Source of the DNA: Octopus bimaculoides
Lineage: Eukaryota
Direction: 5' to 3'
DNA: 42,935 nucleotides
NCBI RefSeq assembly: GCF_001194135.2
Contig: NC_068986.1
Coordinates: forward strand, 49,965,404-50,008,338
In this document: positions 24,561 through 36,043 of the stretch, piece by piece
How positions within the stretch are numbered: the stretch's first letter is position 1
Layout: each line of letters begins with the position of its first letter
The notes under the pieces: model-generated
The model's input: only the letters and a program-made list of their open reading frames with translations
The model's database searches: none
Told to the model about the DNA's origin: nothing
Program-made: the position numbers and the translations under genes

Positions 24561-26187
24561 ATATAGGGACGAATTGTAAATGCCTAAGGAATTTATAAAT
24601 ATGCATGTAATGTTGGAAATATTAGATGTTTAGTTTCACAAATTCCTAGAGATACAGTGATACAATTTATATTGAATTGCTGTTTGGATCTTGAGAATTG
24701 AACTATTTACATAGATACAGACACACGGATTTCGTCAGGAGGCGGTTTCAAATTTGAATGGTGGCGATATTTCAATGTGCGATAGAGATTCCTTATTCTT
24801 GTTCTACATGGTTTAGACCTGCTAGAAATAGCAGCCAAATTCCTCTCAAATGTCGCCATCTACTCACACACTCAATACGTTAAAAATAGCTGTTAAATCT
24901 CTTAAATTATATCCTATCAAGCTTCAAGAAGTGCACATTGCATATGTACTTTTTTGTGTCCTAAGTACCCAGTATACTCCGGACACAAAGTGCCCGAAGA
25001 ATTGACGGGATGGTCATAGCATTGTAAGACTGACGAACAGCGACTGTTACCTTGACAATTAACGTCAATAAAGTAATTGGCACCAGGCTACTCTTCGCCT
25101 GGTACTGCCTCGTTTCATAACTATGACTAGATATACAAGATAAATTAGTACTGAATATGACTAAAAGTAAGATGGTATGGTCATGGCTGGAAGGCCCATT
25201 GAACGATGTGTTCCAGACATCCGTAAATATTTCCACGTGATACGTGCTAATGCCATCAGAGAACGACAGTCATTATGAATTGGTACAAAGTGGGCCCTAA
25301 AACACCTACAAAGGTAAGTGACATCCGAAGTCTTCAAAATACACAAACAAATCAAAGACCATTATTTACAAATAATCCAGAAAATATATGACTTCTTCAG
25401 GAAAAATAACAAAAACACGGACGTGCTGTTGTTATTTCCCTTGCCAGCGTGACAAACCCGCGCGTGGAATATACTTAAAAACAAACATTTCACACACGAT
25501 AGCAAACAAACGAAAAGAGAAAAAAATTCTACCATACATCATGAACGCTGTTAAAGTAATTTTTGATCGAAGTAAAAGATGTTTTCATTAGTCTCGGCAT
25601 TCGTAGCAATAATTCAGGAAGTGCTCTTTCTCCCAGAACACAAAACAGCAATTATTCCGAATCATTCTCAAATCAGACTAGACCAAACGTTTAATAAGGG
25701 AGTGATCTCCTAACAGATATGAAAAAAAAAAAAAAAAACTTGTATTCACTGCATAGCCATTATAAGGGACATCGTCACATGACAGAAAAGGGCTCTGCAC
25801 AAGAAATGCAAGTTATAACCACCGACAAGAAGCACAGCATATATATATATATATATATATATATGGTCTTCGCCAATTGTTCTATCGGGTTACCACACGT
25901 GCCTTTCATAGACAGTGGGCGATAATTCAATGCACTCAACATCTCTCCGTCTGTAAATAACGTAGATCACATGTTACAGCTAGCCCCCACTTTACTTCCT
26001 GAACAATGCACGCTGGCACGTACACACGCTTACCTCACCGAGCTAATTACAACAGTTCTTCCCTAAACATGACTTGCTTCTAGTCACTACGACCACTGGG
26101 CAAACAATTCTTCAATTTAGGCCAACTATCAATTTATCATCACAGCATATTCGGTCATTTTAGAATGGTCAAAATAAAAATAATTAA

Positions 26188-26310
26188 TCTTTCTACTATA
26201 GGCACAAGGCTTGAAAGTTTTTGGGTGAGATGCAAGTCGAAAGGATGAACAGCAAAGTCATCTTCGGTGGAATTCGAACTAAAAGCGTAAGGACAGACGA
26301 AATACCGCCT
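26188..26310 (-). mobile_element. MetaSINE-like fragment with internal deletion
   Basis: GGCACAAGGCTTGAAAGTTTT...GAAAGGATGAACAGCAAAGTC...GGAATTCGAACT...GACAGACGAAATACCGC, colinear with the copy at 30156-30300. Confidence 0.6.
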
Positions 26311-26493
26311 TGATAGTAAATATCATCAACAACAACAATTAAGCTCATTGGAACGTGTTCCATTAAAAATCAGAATTGAGTTTTTCAGAATTCAATTGCT
26401 CAGTTACAAACACGGTCACTTCATAATAAAGAGAAAAAAAAATATCAAAGAAGTAAATAAGGGGCTAAATATATAGATCTAAGGGTGGGAAGC

Positions 26494-26886
26494 AGGTGCA
26501 GGCATTGGGTATCTCGTTAAGAAGCTTGCTTTGCAACTACGTGGTTTTGAGTTCAGTCCCACTGCCTGGCACCTTGGGTAAGTGTCCTTTCCTATAGCTC
26601 TAGGCCGACCAGTGCCTTGTGAGTGATTTTGGTGGACGGAAACTTTTGAAGCCCATCATATATATATATATGTGTGTGTGTATGTCTTTGTATTTGTTCC
26701 TCCACCTCTTGGCAACCGGTGTTAGTTTGTTTACATCGCCGTAAAACAGCAATTCTACAAAAACAACCAATAGAGCAAGTACCATACTTAAAAATATAGA
26801 TATAATTACGCGGGGGTCGATTTGTTCGACTAAACCAAGCGGTGCCCCAGTTTGGCTGTAGACTAATGACTGATACAAGTAAAAGA
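26494..26886 (+). mobile_element. OR2-like SINE, near full length
   Basis: AAGAAGCTTGCTTTGCAAC...GTTCAGTCCCACTGCCTGGCACCTTGGG...GGGGTCGATTTGTTCGACTAA...GCGGTGCCCCAG...AATGACTGATACAAGTAAAAG. Confidence 0.88.
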
Positions 26887-27117
26887 TGAACATTTATTCA
26901 TAATTTAAACTGCGAAACCAACATTAAAACATTATATGGAGTTATTACCATCAGCAATAGTGGCACCACAACCCACGTCTCAATAATATCCTTAATACAT
27001 GCTCTGTGTAACACCAAGCAAACGCTCTTTTTCAAGCATTTCACAAAACGAAAATACTTCTCTTCCACATACAACACTATTTTAAGCCTTCCTTTTTATC
27101 AGACGCACACAAAGCAG

Positions 27118-27478
27118 TTGTTGGCACTCCGTCGCTTACGACGTCGAGGGTTCCAGTTGATCCGATCAACGGAACAGCCTGCTCGTGATATTAACGTGCA
27201 AGTGGCTGAGCACTCCACAGACACGTGTACCCTTAACGTAGTTCTCGGGGATATTCAGCGTGACAAGGCTGACCGTTTGAATTACAGGCACAGCAGAAAC
27301 AGGAAGAAAGTTGTGGTGAAAGAATACAGCAGGGTTCGCCACCATCCCCTGCCGGAGCCACGTGAAGCTTTAAGTGTTTTCGCTCAATAAACACTCACAA
27401 CGCCCGGTCTGGGAATCGAAACCGCGATCCTATGACTGCGAGTCCGCTGCCCTAACCACTGGGTCATTGCGCCTCCAC
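27118..27478 (-). mobile_element. tRNA-Arg-like SINE (OR1-like), near full length
   Basis: The reverse complement aligns end to end with the copy at 41319-41692. Imperfect 12-bp target-site duplication (CTGCTTTTTGTA / CTGCTTTGTGTG in element orientation). Confidence 0.92.
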
Positions 27479-28246
27479 TACAAAAAGCAGTAAAGAAATC
27501 TAAAAGCTCAGAATTTTCAGGGCCAGACAAAAACCGCAAATATATCCTTAAAAAACATATATGGCCTGAAGGAACCATTGCTTTGACCAACATCTACAAC
27601 CATTCATACTAACAACTGTTATCACATTTTCAGAATCGGGTGGATTTCCCTGTCTCAAAGGGTAGATGAGTGTTCCACAAATTATTGCTGAACAACCTAA
27701 CCTGTACAGCAGATTTGTTTATTGTGATTAAATGTAGATGTTGCACTTTAACTCTCTCCCTCCGTTAAACAGATGATTGACTGCGCGGATACGCAGTGTG
27801 CTACACACACACATCAGGTGCCGAAGCTATCGTATAGTGATATGAAATGAAGCGCCCGGCCCGGAGGTCACGAGTGTAACAACCCAACCATTAGGTTACA
27901 CGCCTTCACTCCCAGAATCTTGATGTTAGTTTAAAATATAACTTTTCCAAAACTCCACAAGTTCCACCACAACCATGTGACATACCAACGTATCACTTTC
28001 TTACGCCAAAATTCTAGAAAGGTTTATCCTTGACGTCAGTAACCAATACAATCCAGTCTCCCAGTCACAAAATACATTCAGACCACTACACTCAACCAAC
28101 ATACTTTTACTCACCAATCTATCGTAAAAAATAAAGAATGGCTTTAGCAAAGAAAATAAATTGTTGTCGATATAGCTAACCTTTCAACTCCATTTTCCGC
28201 TATGAAATGATCAATAGTACCTTAAGAAGAAGAGAGAAAAAACTAT

Positions 28247-28604
28247 AAGCTTGGCTGTGTGGTTAAGAAGCTTGTTTTGCAACTACGTGGTTTCGAGTTC
28301 AATCTCATTGCGCTGAACCCTGTCTTCTACTATAACCCCGCACTAACCAATGCTACGTGAGTGAATTTGGTAGACTGATACTGTGGAAGCCTTTCGTATA
28401 TATATATGTGTGTGTGTGTGTGTTCCCACTTCGCCGCTAGACAACAGGTGCTAGTTTGTTTTACATTCTCGTAACTTACCGTTTGGGCAAAAGATATCGA
28501 TAGAATAAGTGCCAGACTTTAAAAATATTAAGCTCGGTATGTTCGACTAAACCCTTCAAGGCGGTGCCCCAACATGACCGCAGTCCAGTGAGTGAAAAAT
28601 AAAA
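28247..28604 (+). mobile_element. OR2-like SINE
   Basis: GGCTGTGTGGTTAAGAAGCTTG head and AAGGCGGTGCCCCAACATGACCGCAGTCCAGTGAGTGAAA tail. Confidence 0.85.
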
Positions 28605-28986
28605 CTTTGGTTAGCAAACTGTCTGAGCACCAAGTCGATAAACTGGAGAACAACCACACTTCCAAAATCTGAAATTTCCTGAATGAAACGCCAAAACATT
28701 GATGGACATGAGAGGGGGTGTATGCAGGGGTACCCCTACTTTTCAGTTTACGGAGAGGGGTTGCTTATAGTGTCCAGTCTCGTCTTACCAACCTCAGCCT
28801 CTCTGGCCCTTAGCGTACTCACTTAGTTCCTAATATTCATTTTCTTCACTTTGTACCAAAACGAATCCGTTCTTTCGCCCTAGTTTCGCATTCTCCATAA
28901 AAACCTATGGACATTACGTTTATGCCGCCCGTTCTCCAGACACTCACAAATTTAAATCTGAAAACCTGTCTGCACAACAGTTTTAA

Positions 28987-29289
28987 CCCTTCGACTGCAT
29001 GTTTAAATTTCAGGGTCATACCTGTAATGATGTTAAATTATCTACTAAAAAAGTGGAATTGATAATTTCCTTTTCTGCAGTACGGTTTCAATATCTCCTG
29101 CTGGTATTGTTTTCATATCCATCACTAAAAATATTTTATTGTAATGTGAATTGTGAAAAAGTTAAACGAATCTGAAAAATTATCATTTAAAAAAGTATCC
29201 CTGCGTGGTATGTCTGCTCCTCGCAGTTAGTTTAAGGAGAAATTTTTTTTTCAATGTTGTAAGGTAAAACTGCCTTCCGCAGTTAACGG
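28987..29289. mobile_element. Possible decayed piggyBac-type MITE
   Basis: TTAA|CCCTTCGACTGC ... GCAGTTAACGG|TTAT. Short imperfect TIRs only. Confidence 0.3.
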
Positions 29290-29836
29290 TTATAAAATTT
29301 CGAGCCTATATATCTGTTACCCTCGATCAAATGGTTAAAGTAGCACTTTGTGAAATCTAACCTCTTACTTCTTACCAGCAGCCTAAAAAAAAATTATCTT
29401 TTTTTAAAGCAGGTAGAGCCAATCGTAGAAGTTGACAACGTAAACACGCCATACACACAGAAGACAGAAATTCTTGAAGCTAGAACACATATTACAATAC
29501 AAAGTAAAGTAAGTAAAAACAGCGCACCAAACGTAGTATTGAATGCAATCACAGTTGCAAGTATTTGGCCAACAGAAAGAAACCACTGCGTTATACAAAT
29601 ATAGTAACCGCAGCGTACACAATACCAGTCTTACCTTCTACCACCTAACAATCTCTCCAATACCAACTTGATGAAATCGCCAAATTACTCTACACATCAG
29701 ACCATACTCATGTCTAGAATCGAACTTGTGACCTTATGATCATAATCGTGAATCTAACAACCCCTAATTATTAGGTTACATGCCTTCATATACATGTGTG
29801 TGTGTGAGTATTTCTTTCGCTATATATCGGTTTCAA

Positions 29837-30155
29837 GTGAAGGCGCAATGGCCCAGTGGTTAGAGCAGCAGACTCGCGGTTTCGATTCCCAGGCGTTGTG
29901 AGTGTTTATTGAACGAAAACACCTAAAGCTCCACGAGGCTTCGGCAGGGGATGGTGGCGAACCCTGCTGTACTCTTTCACCACAACTTTCTCTCACTCTT
30001 ACTTCCTGTGCCTGTAATTCAAAGGGTCAGCCTTGTCACGCTGAATATCCTCGAAAACTACGTTAAGGGTACACGTTAATTTCACGAGCAGGCTGTTCCG
30101 TTGATCGGATCAAATGGAAGCCTCGACGTCGTAAGCGACGTAGTGCCAACAACAA
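29837..30155 (+). mobile_element. OR1-like SINE with several internal deletions and a 13-bp TSD
   Basis: Aligns to the 41319 and 27118 copies. Flanked by ATATCGGTTTCAA (29824-29836) and ATATCGGTTTCGA (30156-30168). Confidence 0.92.
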
Positions 30156-30300
30156 ATATCGGTTTCGAATTATGCCACAAGGCCGGCAATTTCAGGAGAT
30201 GGGGTAAGTCGATTACATCGACCCCAGTGTTCCATTTTTACTTACTTATTTTATCGATCCTGAAAGAATGAAAGGCAAAGTCGATCCCGGCGGAATTTCA
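30156..30300 (-). mobile_element. MetaSINE-like element, 3-prime half
   Basis: The minus strand reads GGGATCGACTTTGCCTTTCATTCTTTCAGGATCGATAAAATAAGT...CTGGGGTCGATGTAATCGACTTACCCC...GGCCTTGTGGC, resembling the Meta domain (from recall). A short related piece lies at 32170-32215. Confidence 0.75.
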
Positions 30301-31147
30301 TCTTTCGTCGTATTATATATATATATCGGTGCTATTTGAACAAAATCCTTAAGTTTATTATGAAGGCTATCCGTTTGTCGCTCATGCTGTTAGAAATGCT
30401 ATGAACCAGTCAGTAGCAACCTTCTTATTGGAATTCTGTAACGGCGCTATAGTTCACATGCTGCGATATATATGCAACAAAAAAATAATAATAATAATAA
30501 ATGCTAACTATAACAAATAAACAAATAAGGAATTATAAGTAACATCATGAACTTAGCACATCGCTACATTTGTATATAGGAATGGAAGGTCGCGCAAAGG
30601 AAATTACAAATGTATCTACTTCTACCCCCCCTCTCTCTCTCTCTCTCAGCCTTTTGTGCGCGCATGTGTGTGTCTGTGTATGTAATAATAATCATAATCT
30701 TTCCAGCGCTTCATACACACTTCTGACTGACTGTGCGTGCGTGCGTGCACGGCCATGTTATTTTGTATAGCACATATTCACATGTAGCTGTTTACTGACA
30801 GTCAGCCGCAACCCTGTCTATGTTGAATGCGTTTACATTACATACACACACACGTGAAGCTCTGTATACGCACACACACACACACACATACACACGTTCG
30901 AGGGCGCGCATACACACAAATCCACGTGTATCTGTTTACACGAAATCTAACTTACCACTTGCCGCATCTTATAGAACAATCGTCGGTGGGGAATTTTCTT
31001 TACTTCATCGGCTGTTACGTAAAGCAAAACTGTGGCTGCGATACTGGTGTTTATGGTAGCGATGGCGGTGATGAAAAATACTTATGATGGTGGTGGTGGT
31101 GATGGCAAGTCTAGTAGTGGTGGTGATGTAATATTTTATCTTGAATT

Positions 31148-31334
31148 ATTTTAGTGACTGGGCTGCGGCCTTGCTGGGGCACCCATTTCGAAAAGTTTAG
31201 CCGAAGAAATCAATCCCACTAATATTTTTTTTTCCTCTTTTAAAAACTGCTACTTATTGTATCGACATTCTTTTGCTGAGCCGCTAAGTTACGGGGACAT
31301 AAACAAACTGGTTGTTAGGCGGTGATGGGGGACA

Positions 31335-31367
<33 letters not shown>

Positions 31368-31520
31368 TGTGACCGGTTTCTTTCAGTTTCCGTTTTCCAA
31401 ATCTACGCATTAAAGGCTTTGGTCGGCCTGAGGCTATTGAAGGAAGCATTTGCCCAAGGTTCCAAGCCGTGGGACTGAACCCGGAACTATGTAGTTGGAA
31501 GCAAACTCCTCCCCCCCACA
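31148..31520 (-). mobile_element. OR2-like SINE
   Basis: The + strand shows reverse-complement family blocks GCTGGGGCACC, CTAAGTTACGGGGACATAAAC, CTTTCAGTTTCCG, TGCCCAAGG and GGGACTGAACCCGGAAC. Confidence 0.88.
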
Positions 31521-31991
31521 CACACACACACACATACACACGCACGCGTGCATATATTCGTAGATGCTATACGCTTATGTAAGCGGTCAGTCACATCCCT
31601 TACGTATTGTGTTCATGCTCACATTTACATGTTATAAAGAGTGTAATCGCACATGTGGGAATATATTTACTCACATGTAGGAATATTTATGCTTGTATAA
31701 ATTCAGATATACACCAGTGGAAACTAAGGTGGTATGTCAACATAGCTACTACTACTACACACACACACACACACACGTACATTCATATGCATACACAAAT
31801 ATAATTATATAAACGCAATCATTTATTTATACGTACATACATGCAGATAGCTTCAGACACATCATTACACACATTCATACGCATGAACACACACACACAC
31901 ACAGGCACACCAATTCGTTTAAGCACCCGCACAGTCTGGAGTTCGGATACTCTTTGAAATCATACGTATGTCCCCCCCTCTCTCTCTCTCA

Positions 31992-32022
<31 letters not shown>

Positions 32023-32583
32023 TCTCTCCCTCTCTCCCACACGCCAGCATGCATGCACGCACACAGAAGCACATACACATCCTCACGCACGCATTTCAAC
32101 CTGTTTAGACTCGCAGAAATCAACGGACGGTTCGCAGTTTGAGAGTAAATTTACACACGAATAACACATAGTCGATTACATCGACCTCTACTCATTACTC
32201 CACCAGTACTTTTTCTTTTCTTTTTTTATCAAAAACACAAACGCCAGCGTTATATATAGCAATTTAATGTTTGTGTACATAACACCATATACCATAAGCA
32301 CACACATACACACACGCGCGCACGCCAAATTTTCCATGCTCAGTTTGCACCGCCAGAACAGCAAAGCATACATACGTACTTACATATTAGATGCAGTACA
32401 TAATAGCTACATAACCGTGGCTCTCTCTATATAAGTCCTATCTAGGTGACCTGAAACTCGCTGCTTTGCTGGTATGTTAGAAGGGTGGAGCTCTGCTATA
32501 ACGTGGCACTTAACTATCCATCCAGACCACACACCCATGCATCCAGCCTTCATTCTTCAGATTTTCAGCTTTGTTTACAAACA

Positions 32584-32620
<37 letters not shown>

Positions 32621-32689
32621 TCACATGCATACACATCTCTATGGAATTCCTTTAGCTGTTGGGAAGTAATAGTAAAATTCGTCTCTAAT

Positions 32690-33322
32690 CTTTTGATTTG
32701 TTTCAGTCATTAGACTGCGGCCATGCTGGGACATCGCCTGGAAGAATTTTTTTGTCGATTGAATCGACTCCAGTACTTGTTTTTTGTTTTTTTTTCTTTT
32801 AAGTCTGGTATATATTCTATCAAATTTTTGCTGAACTGTTAAGTCACGGGGATGTAAACACACCAACACTGGTTCTCGAGCGGTGGTAGGGGACAAGCAC
32901 CGACACGANNNNNNNNNNNNNNNNNNNNNNNNNNNNNNNNNNNNNNNNNNNNNNNNNNNNNNNNNNNNNNNNNNNNNNNNNNNNNNNNNNNNNNNNNNNN
33001 NNNNNNNNNNNNNNNNNNNNNNNNNNNNNNNNNNNNNNNNNNNNNNNNNNNNNNNNNNNNNNNNNNNNNNNNNNNNNNNNNNNNNNNNTATATATATATA
33101 TATATATATATATGTTCAAAAAAGAAAAACGACATAAAAACAACAAAAAACAACAACGCAAGGACGTGATACAGATATTGTGTTAGTGGATGCTCAGAAA
33201 CACACACACACACGACGGGCTTCTTTTCAGTTTCCGTCTACCAAATCCACTCACAAGCCTCTGGTCGACTTGAAGCTATAGTAGAAATACTTGCCCAAGG
33301 TGCCATGCAGTGGGATAGAATC
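32690..33322 (-). mobile_element. OR2-like SINE spanning the N-gap 32909-33088
   Basis: The tail TTTCAGTCATTAGACTGCGGCCATGCTGG lies left of the gap; GACGGGCTTCTTTTCAGTTTCCGTCTACCAAATCCACTCACAAG...CTTGCCCAAGGTGCCATGCAGTGGGA lies right of it. Confidence 0.85.
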
Positions 33323-33522
33323 TTTAAAAAAAGAAACATTTTTACTGTAGTCAATGTGATACGTTAATATAGATTTACAAATGCGCCGGGATCGGTATGG
33401 TTGGAACGTCACTTATGTACATGTCTACTTCGATTACAAATGACCTGTGATTAAATATAAGTAACATATACAGCATATGCACACGTGAATACATATTTAT
33501 TGTACACTCTCGAATTCTGTAA

Positions 33523-33890
33523 CTTACTTGTTTCTGATACTGGACTGCAGCCATGCTGGAGCACCGCGTTGAAATGTTTAGTCCGCCCCAATACTTTTTT
33601 TTTTTTTCATTCTGCTACCTATTCTATTGATCTCTTGTGCCGAACCGCTAGGTGAGTTACGGAGGACGTAAATAAGCTAACACCGGTTGTCAAGTGATAG
33701 TAGAGGACAAACACGGACACACAATCACAGTTGTGTGTGTGTGTGTAGAACGAGCTTGCTCTCAGTTTCCGCCTACCAAATTCATTCAGAAAGCGTTGAT
33801 CGGCTCTAAGTCATAGTAGAAAATGCTTTGTAGTGAGACTGAACCCAAACCCTTGTGGCTGCAAAGCAAGTTTCTGAACAGTTATGCCAC
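33523..33890 (-). mobile_element. OR2-like SINE, diverged
   Basis: GACTGCAGCCATGCTGGAGCACCGC, GCCGAACCGCTA, CAGTTTCCGCCTACCAAATT and GAGACTGAACCC. Confidence 0.82.
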
Positions 33891-33994
33891 TCTCTATCTT
33901 TCTCCCATATATATATATGTATATGTGTGTACACACACACACCATGGCATACAAACTACAATGGTTACCATTATGTACATATTTCTGTGGATTC

Positions 33995-34145
33995 CTGGGC
34001 CGTCTTAGAGACAAATCAATGCACAAGGTTCTATAGTATTTATTTACTGATAGCGAACCACAGCATACATTGTCAGAATTGTGCTCCTGGACCCGTGAGG
34101 CTCCTGGGCAACTTCCCAGTGTGCCCATGCCTTACCACGGCAGTG
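33995..34145. mobile_element. Decayed hAT-type MITE
   Basis: Left CTGGGCCGTCTTAG and right TTACCACGGCAGTG are imperfect inverted repeats. Subterminal GGGCAACTTCCCAGTGTGCCCATGC. The 8-bp flanks GTGGATTC / ATGGATGT match 5/8. Confidence 0.45.
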
Positions 34146-34155
34146 ATGGATGTCA

Positions 34156-34186
<31 letters not shown>

Positions 34187-34327
34187 ATGGATATTAGCGT
34201 CAAAGCTCTCTTTTAAATTTAAAACTTTGGATATATAACCAAGGAGAACGATCCTTAAGGAGTCTACTTTAGACTTCTTGCGGTGAAATCTCTTGCTGTA
34301 TTGGTAACGATTACATGTTTTTCTATA

Positions 34328-34364
<37 letters not shown>

Positions 34365-34643
34365 TCTGATGGCTACTGGAGTATCGATGCGACTGTTACT
34401 ACCGTGGTATCAACACAAGAGTCGTGAACCATGATGGAGCTGTGGTTACTCAGCCTAGTAATTGGACTGTAGTCAATAATGCATTTATGTATATGTAGCT
34501 TGGTCTTTTTTCTTCTGTTTGGAGCAGGTGAGGTGGGGGTGTTTCAACTGTATGGATTGTCCCTTTGTCTCTGGTTGCAAGTGACGAATCCAACACTCAC
34601 CATGGCTTAAGAAGCGTTCAAGCAAACCAGCTGGATTTGCTTC

Positions 34644-36043
34644 AAACAATGTACAAAGCTAAATCCAGATTCCACAATATGCGAACTTGGAAAAACTAGT
34701 AAAATAGGTTCAAAAGTTGCTCATGGTTTGAGGGTATTTTGATAGATTTTTTTCCTTTTGTTTTGAAAAAAATCTGAATCTTTTCGGTTGGAGCCAAATT
34801 GTTCGTTCATTTAAAATAACCTGTACGTTTTAAACGGGCTGTACGTGAACGAAACAGCACCAATGAACATCACACTTGATCAGACATTATAATAGCTGTG
34901 GGTAACAACACACACATACAGGTGTGAATATTGATATGAACATAGAGCTGTAGGGATAACAAAGCACACAAATATGAGTACACAGTTCAATCATATACAA
35001 AGGGAGGAGCAGTTAGCAGTGCACACACAGCAGTGGGTGTTAATACGCACAGAACTTTTTGTGCCAACTCAGATAAGCTGAAAAACACTCACGCACGCCC
35101 GCTCGTACATCGCTGGCGGATACCAAACACGCACGAGACACTGAGTAGAAATACAGATACAACTATAAACACCAATGATATTGCTTCTGTATGCTAGGAT
35201 GTGTTACTCATGTCTGAAGTGGTTTTTCCAACCACCTCTGTATGTTCTGCTTTATCTTTGCTTTCATTTTCCTTTTTGTTTTTTTGTTTTTTTTTTTCAC
35301 GAACGAACTTTGAAAAGTTTGTAATTATGATTACCAATCAGTTTTTGCCCTATAGGTTTTTGTTCTTTTTGTATTTTTAATTGTTTGTCCAGTTCTTAGT
35401 ACCATTTGGCTTTGACAATATCGTCTGCGATTTTCAGCATTTCTTTTCTAGTTTTTCTTTCTACTTTCCGACACTCACCCATTTTCTATTTTTATTCACT
35501 AACTGTTTCTATTTCTGTCGGTTAGTCCTGTAACTTCTTTTCGAGCTTTTAACCCGGCTGTTTCTTCTGGTATTTTGTTTGAAGTTTCTTTGAAATAGGC
35601 TTATATACTCTGTCTATGCCGGGACTTCTCAAAGTGATCTATATAGACCTTTAGCTTTTTCTCTTTGTGGGAATAAATAAAGTTCGAGGGTTCACAGGGA
35701 TTAGATTTACTAGCTTGCATTTAAAAATCCCTTTATAACAGAACAAAATTCACTGAGTAATATATAATAGTTACCAGATATTGTCACACCTTGGAGAATG
35801 TCTGATCAAGTGTGATGTCCATTGGTGCTGTTTCGTTCACGCACAGCCCGTTTAAAACGTACAGGTTATTTTAAATGAACGAACAATTTGGCTCCAACCG
35901 AAAAAAATCCAGATTTTTTTCAAAATAGAATGAAAAAAATCTATCAAAATACACTCAAACCTTGAGCAACTTTTGAACCTATTTTACTAGTTTTTTCCAA
36001 GTTCGCATAGTGTGGAATCTAAGTTTAGCTTCGTACATTATTT
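34644..36043. mobile_element. 1.4-kb non-autonomous DNA transposon / foldback-like element with ~245-bp inverted arms
   Basis: 34644-34888 is the reverse complement of 35797-36043, with about 17 differences counted by eye (~93% identity). The spacer 34889-35796 is 908 bp. Confidence 0.9.

Noticed and set aside
24960-25320. RTE reverse-transcriptase C-terminus-like peptides (AWYCLVS..., AGRPIERCVPDIRK)
   Set aside because: Needs several stops and frameshifts. The DNA instead resembles the tail of the repeat family seen at 8590-8770.
27118-27390. 90-aa ORF and its antisense counterpart at 41409-41708
   Set aside because: Entirely within OR1-like SINE copies.
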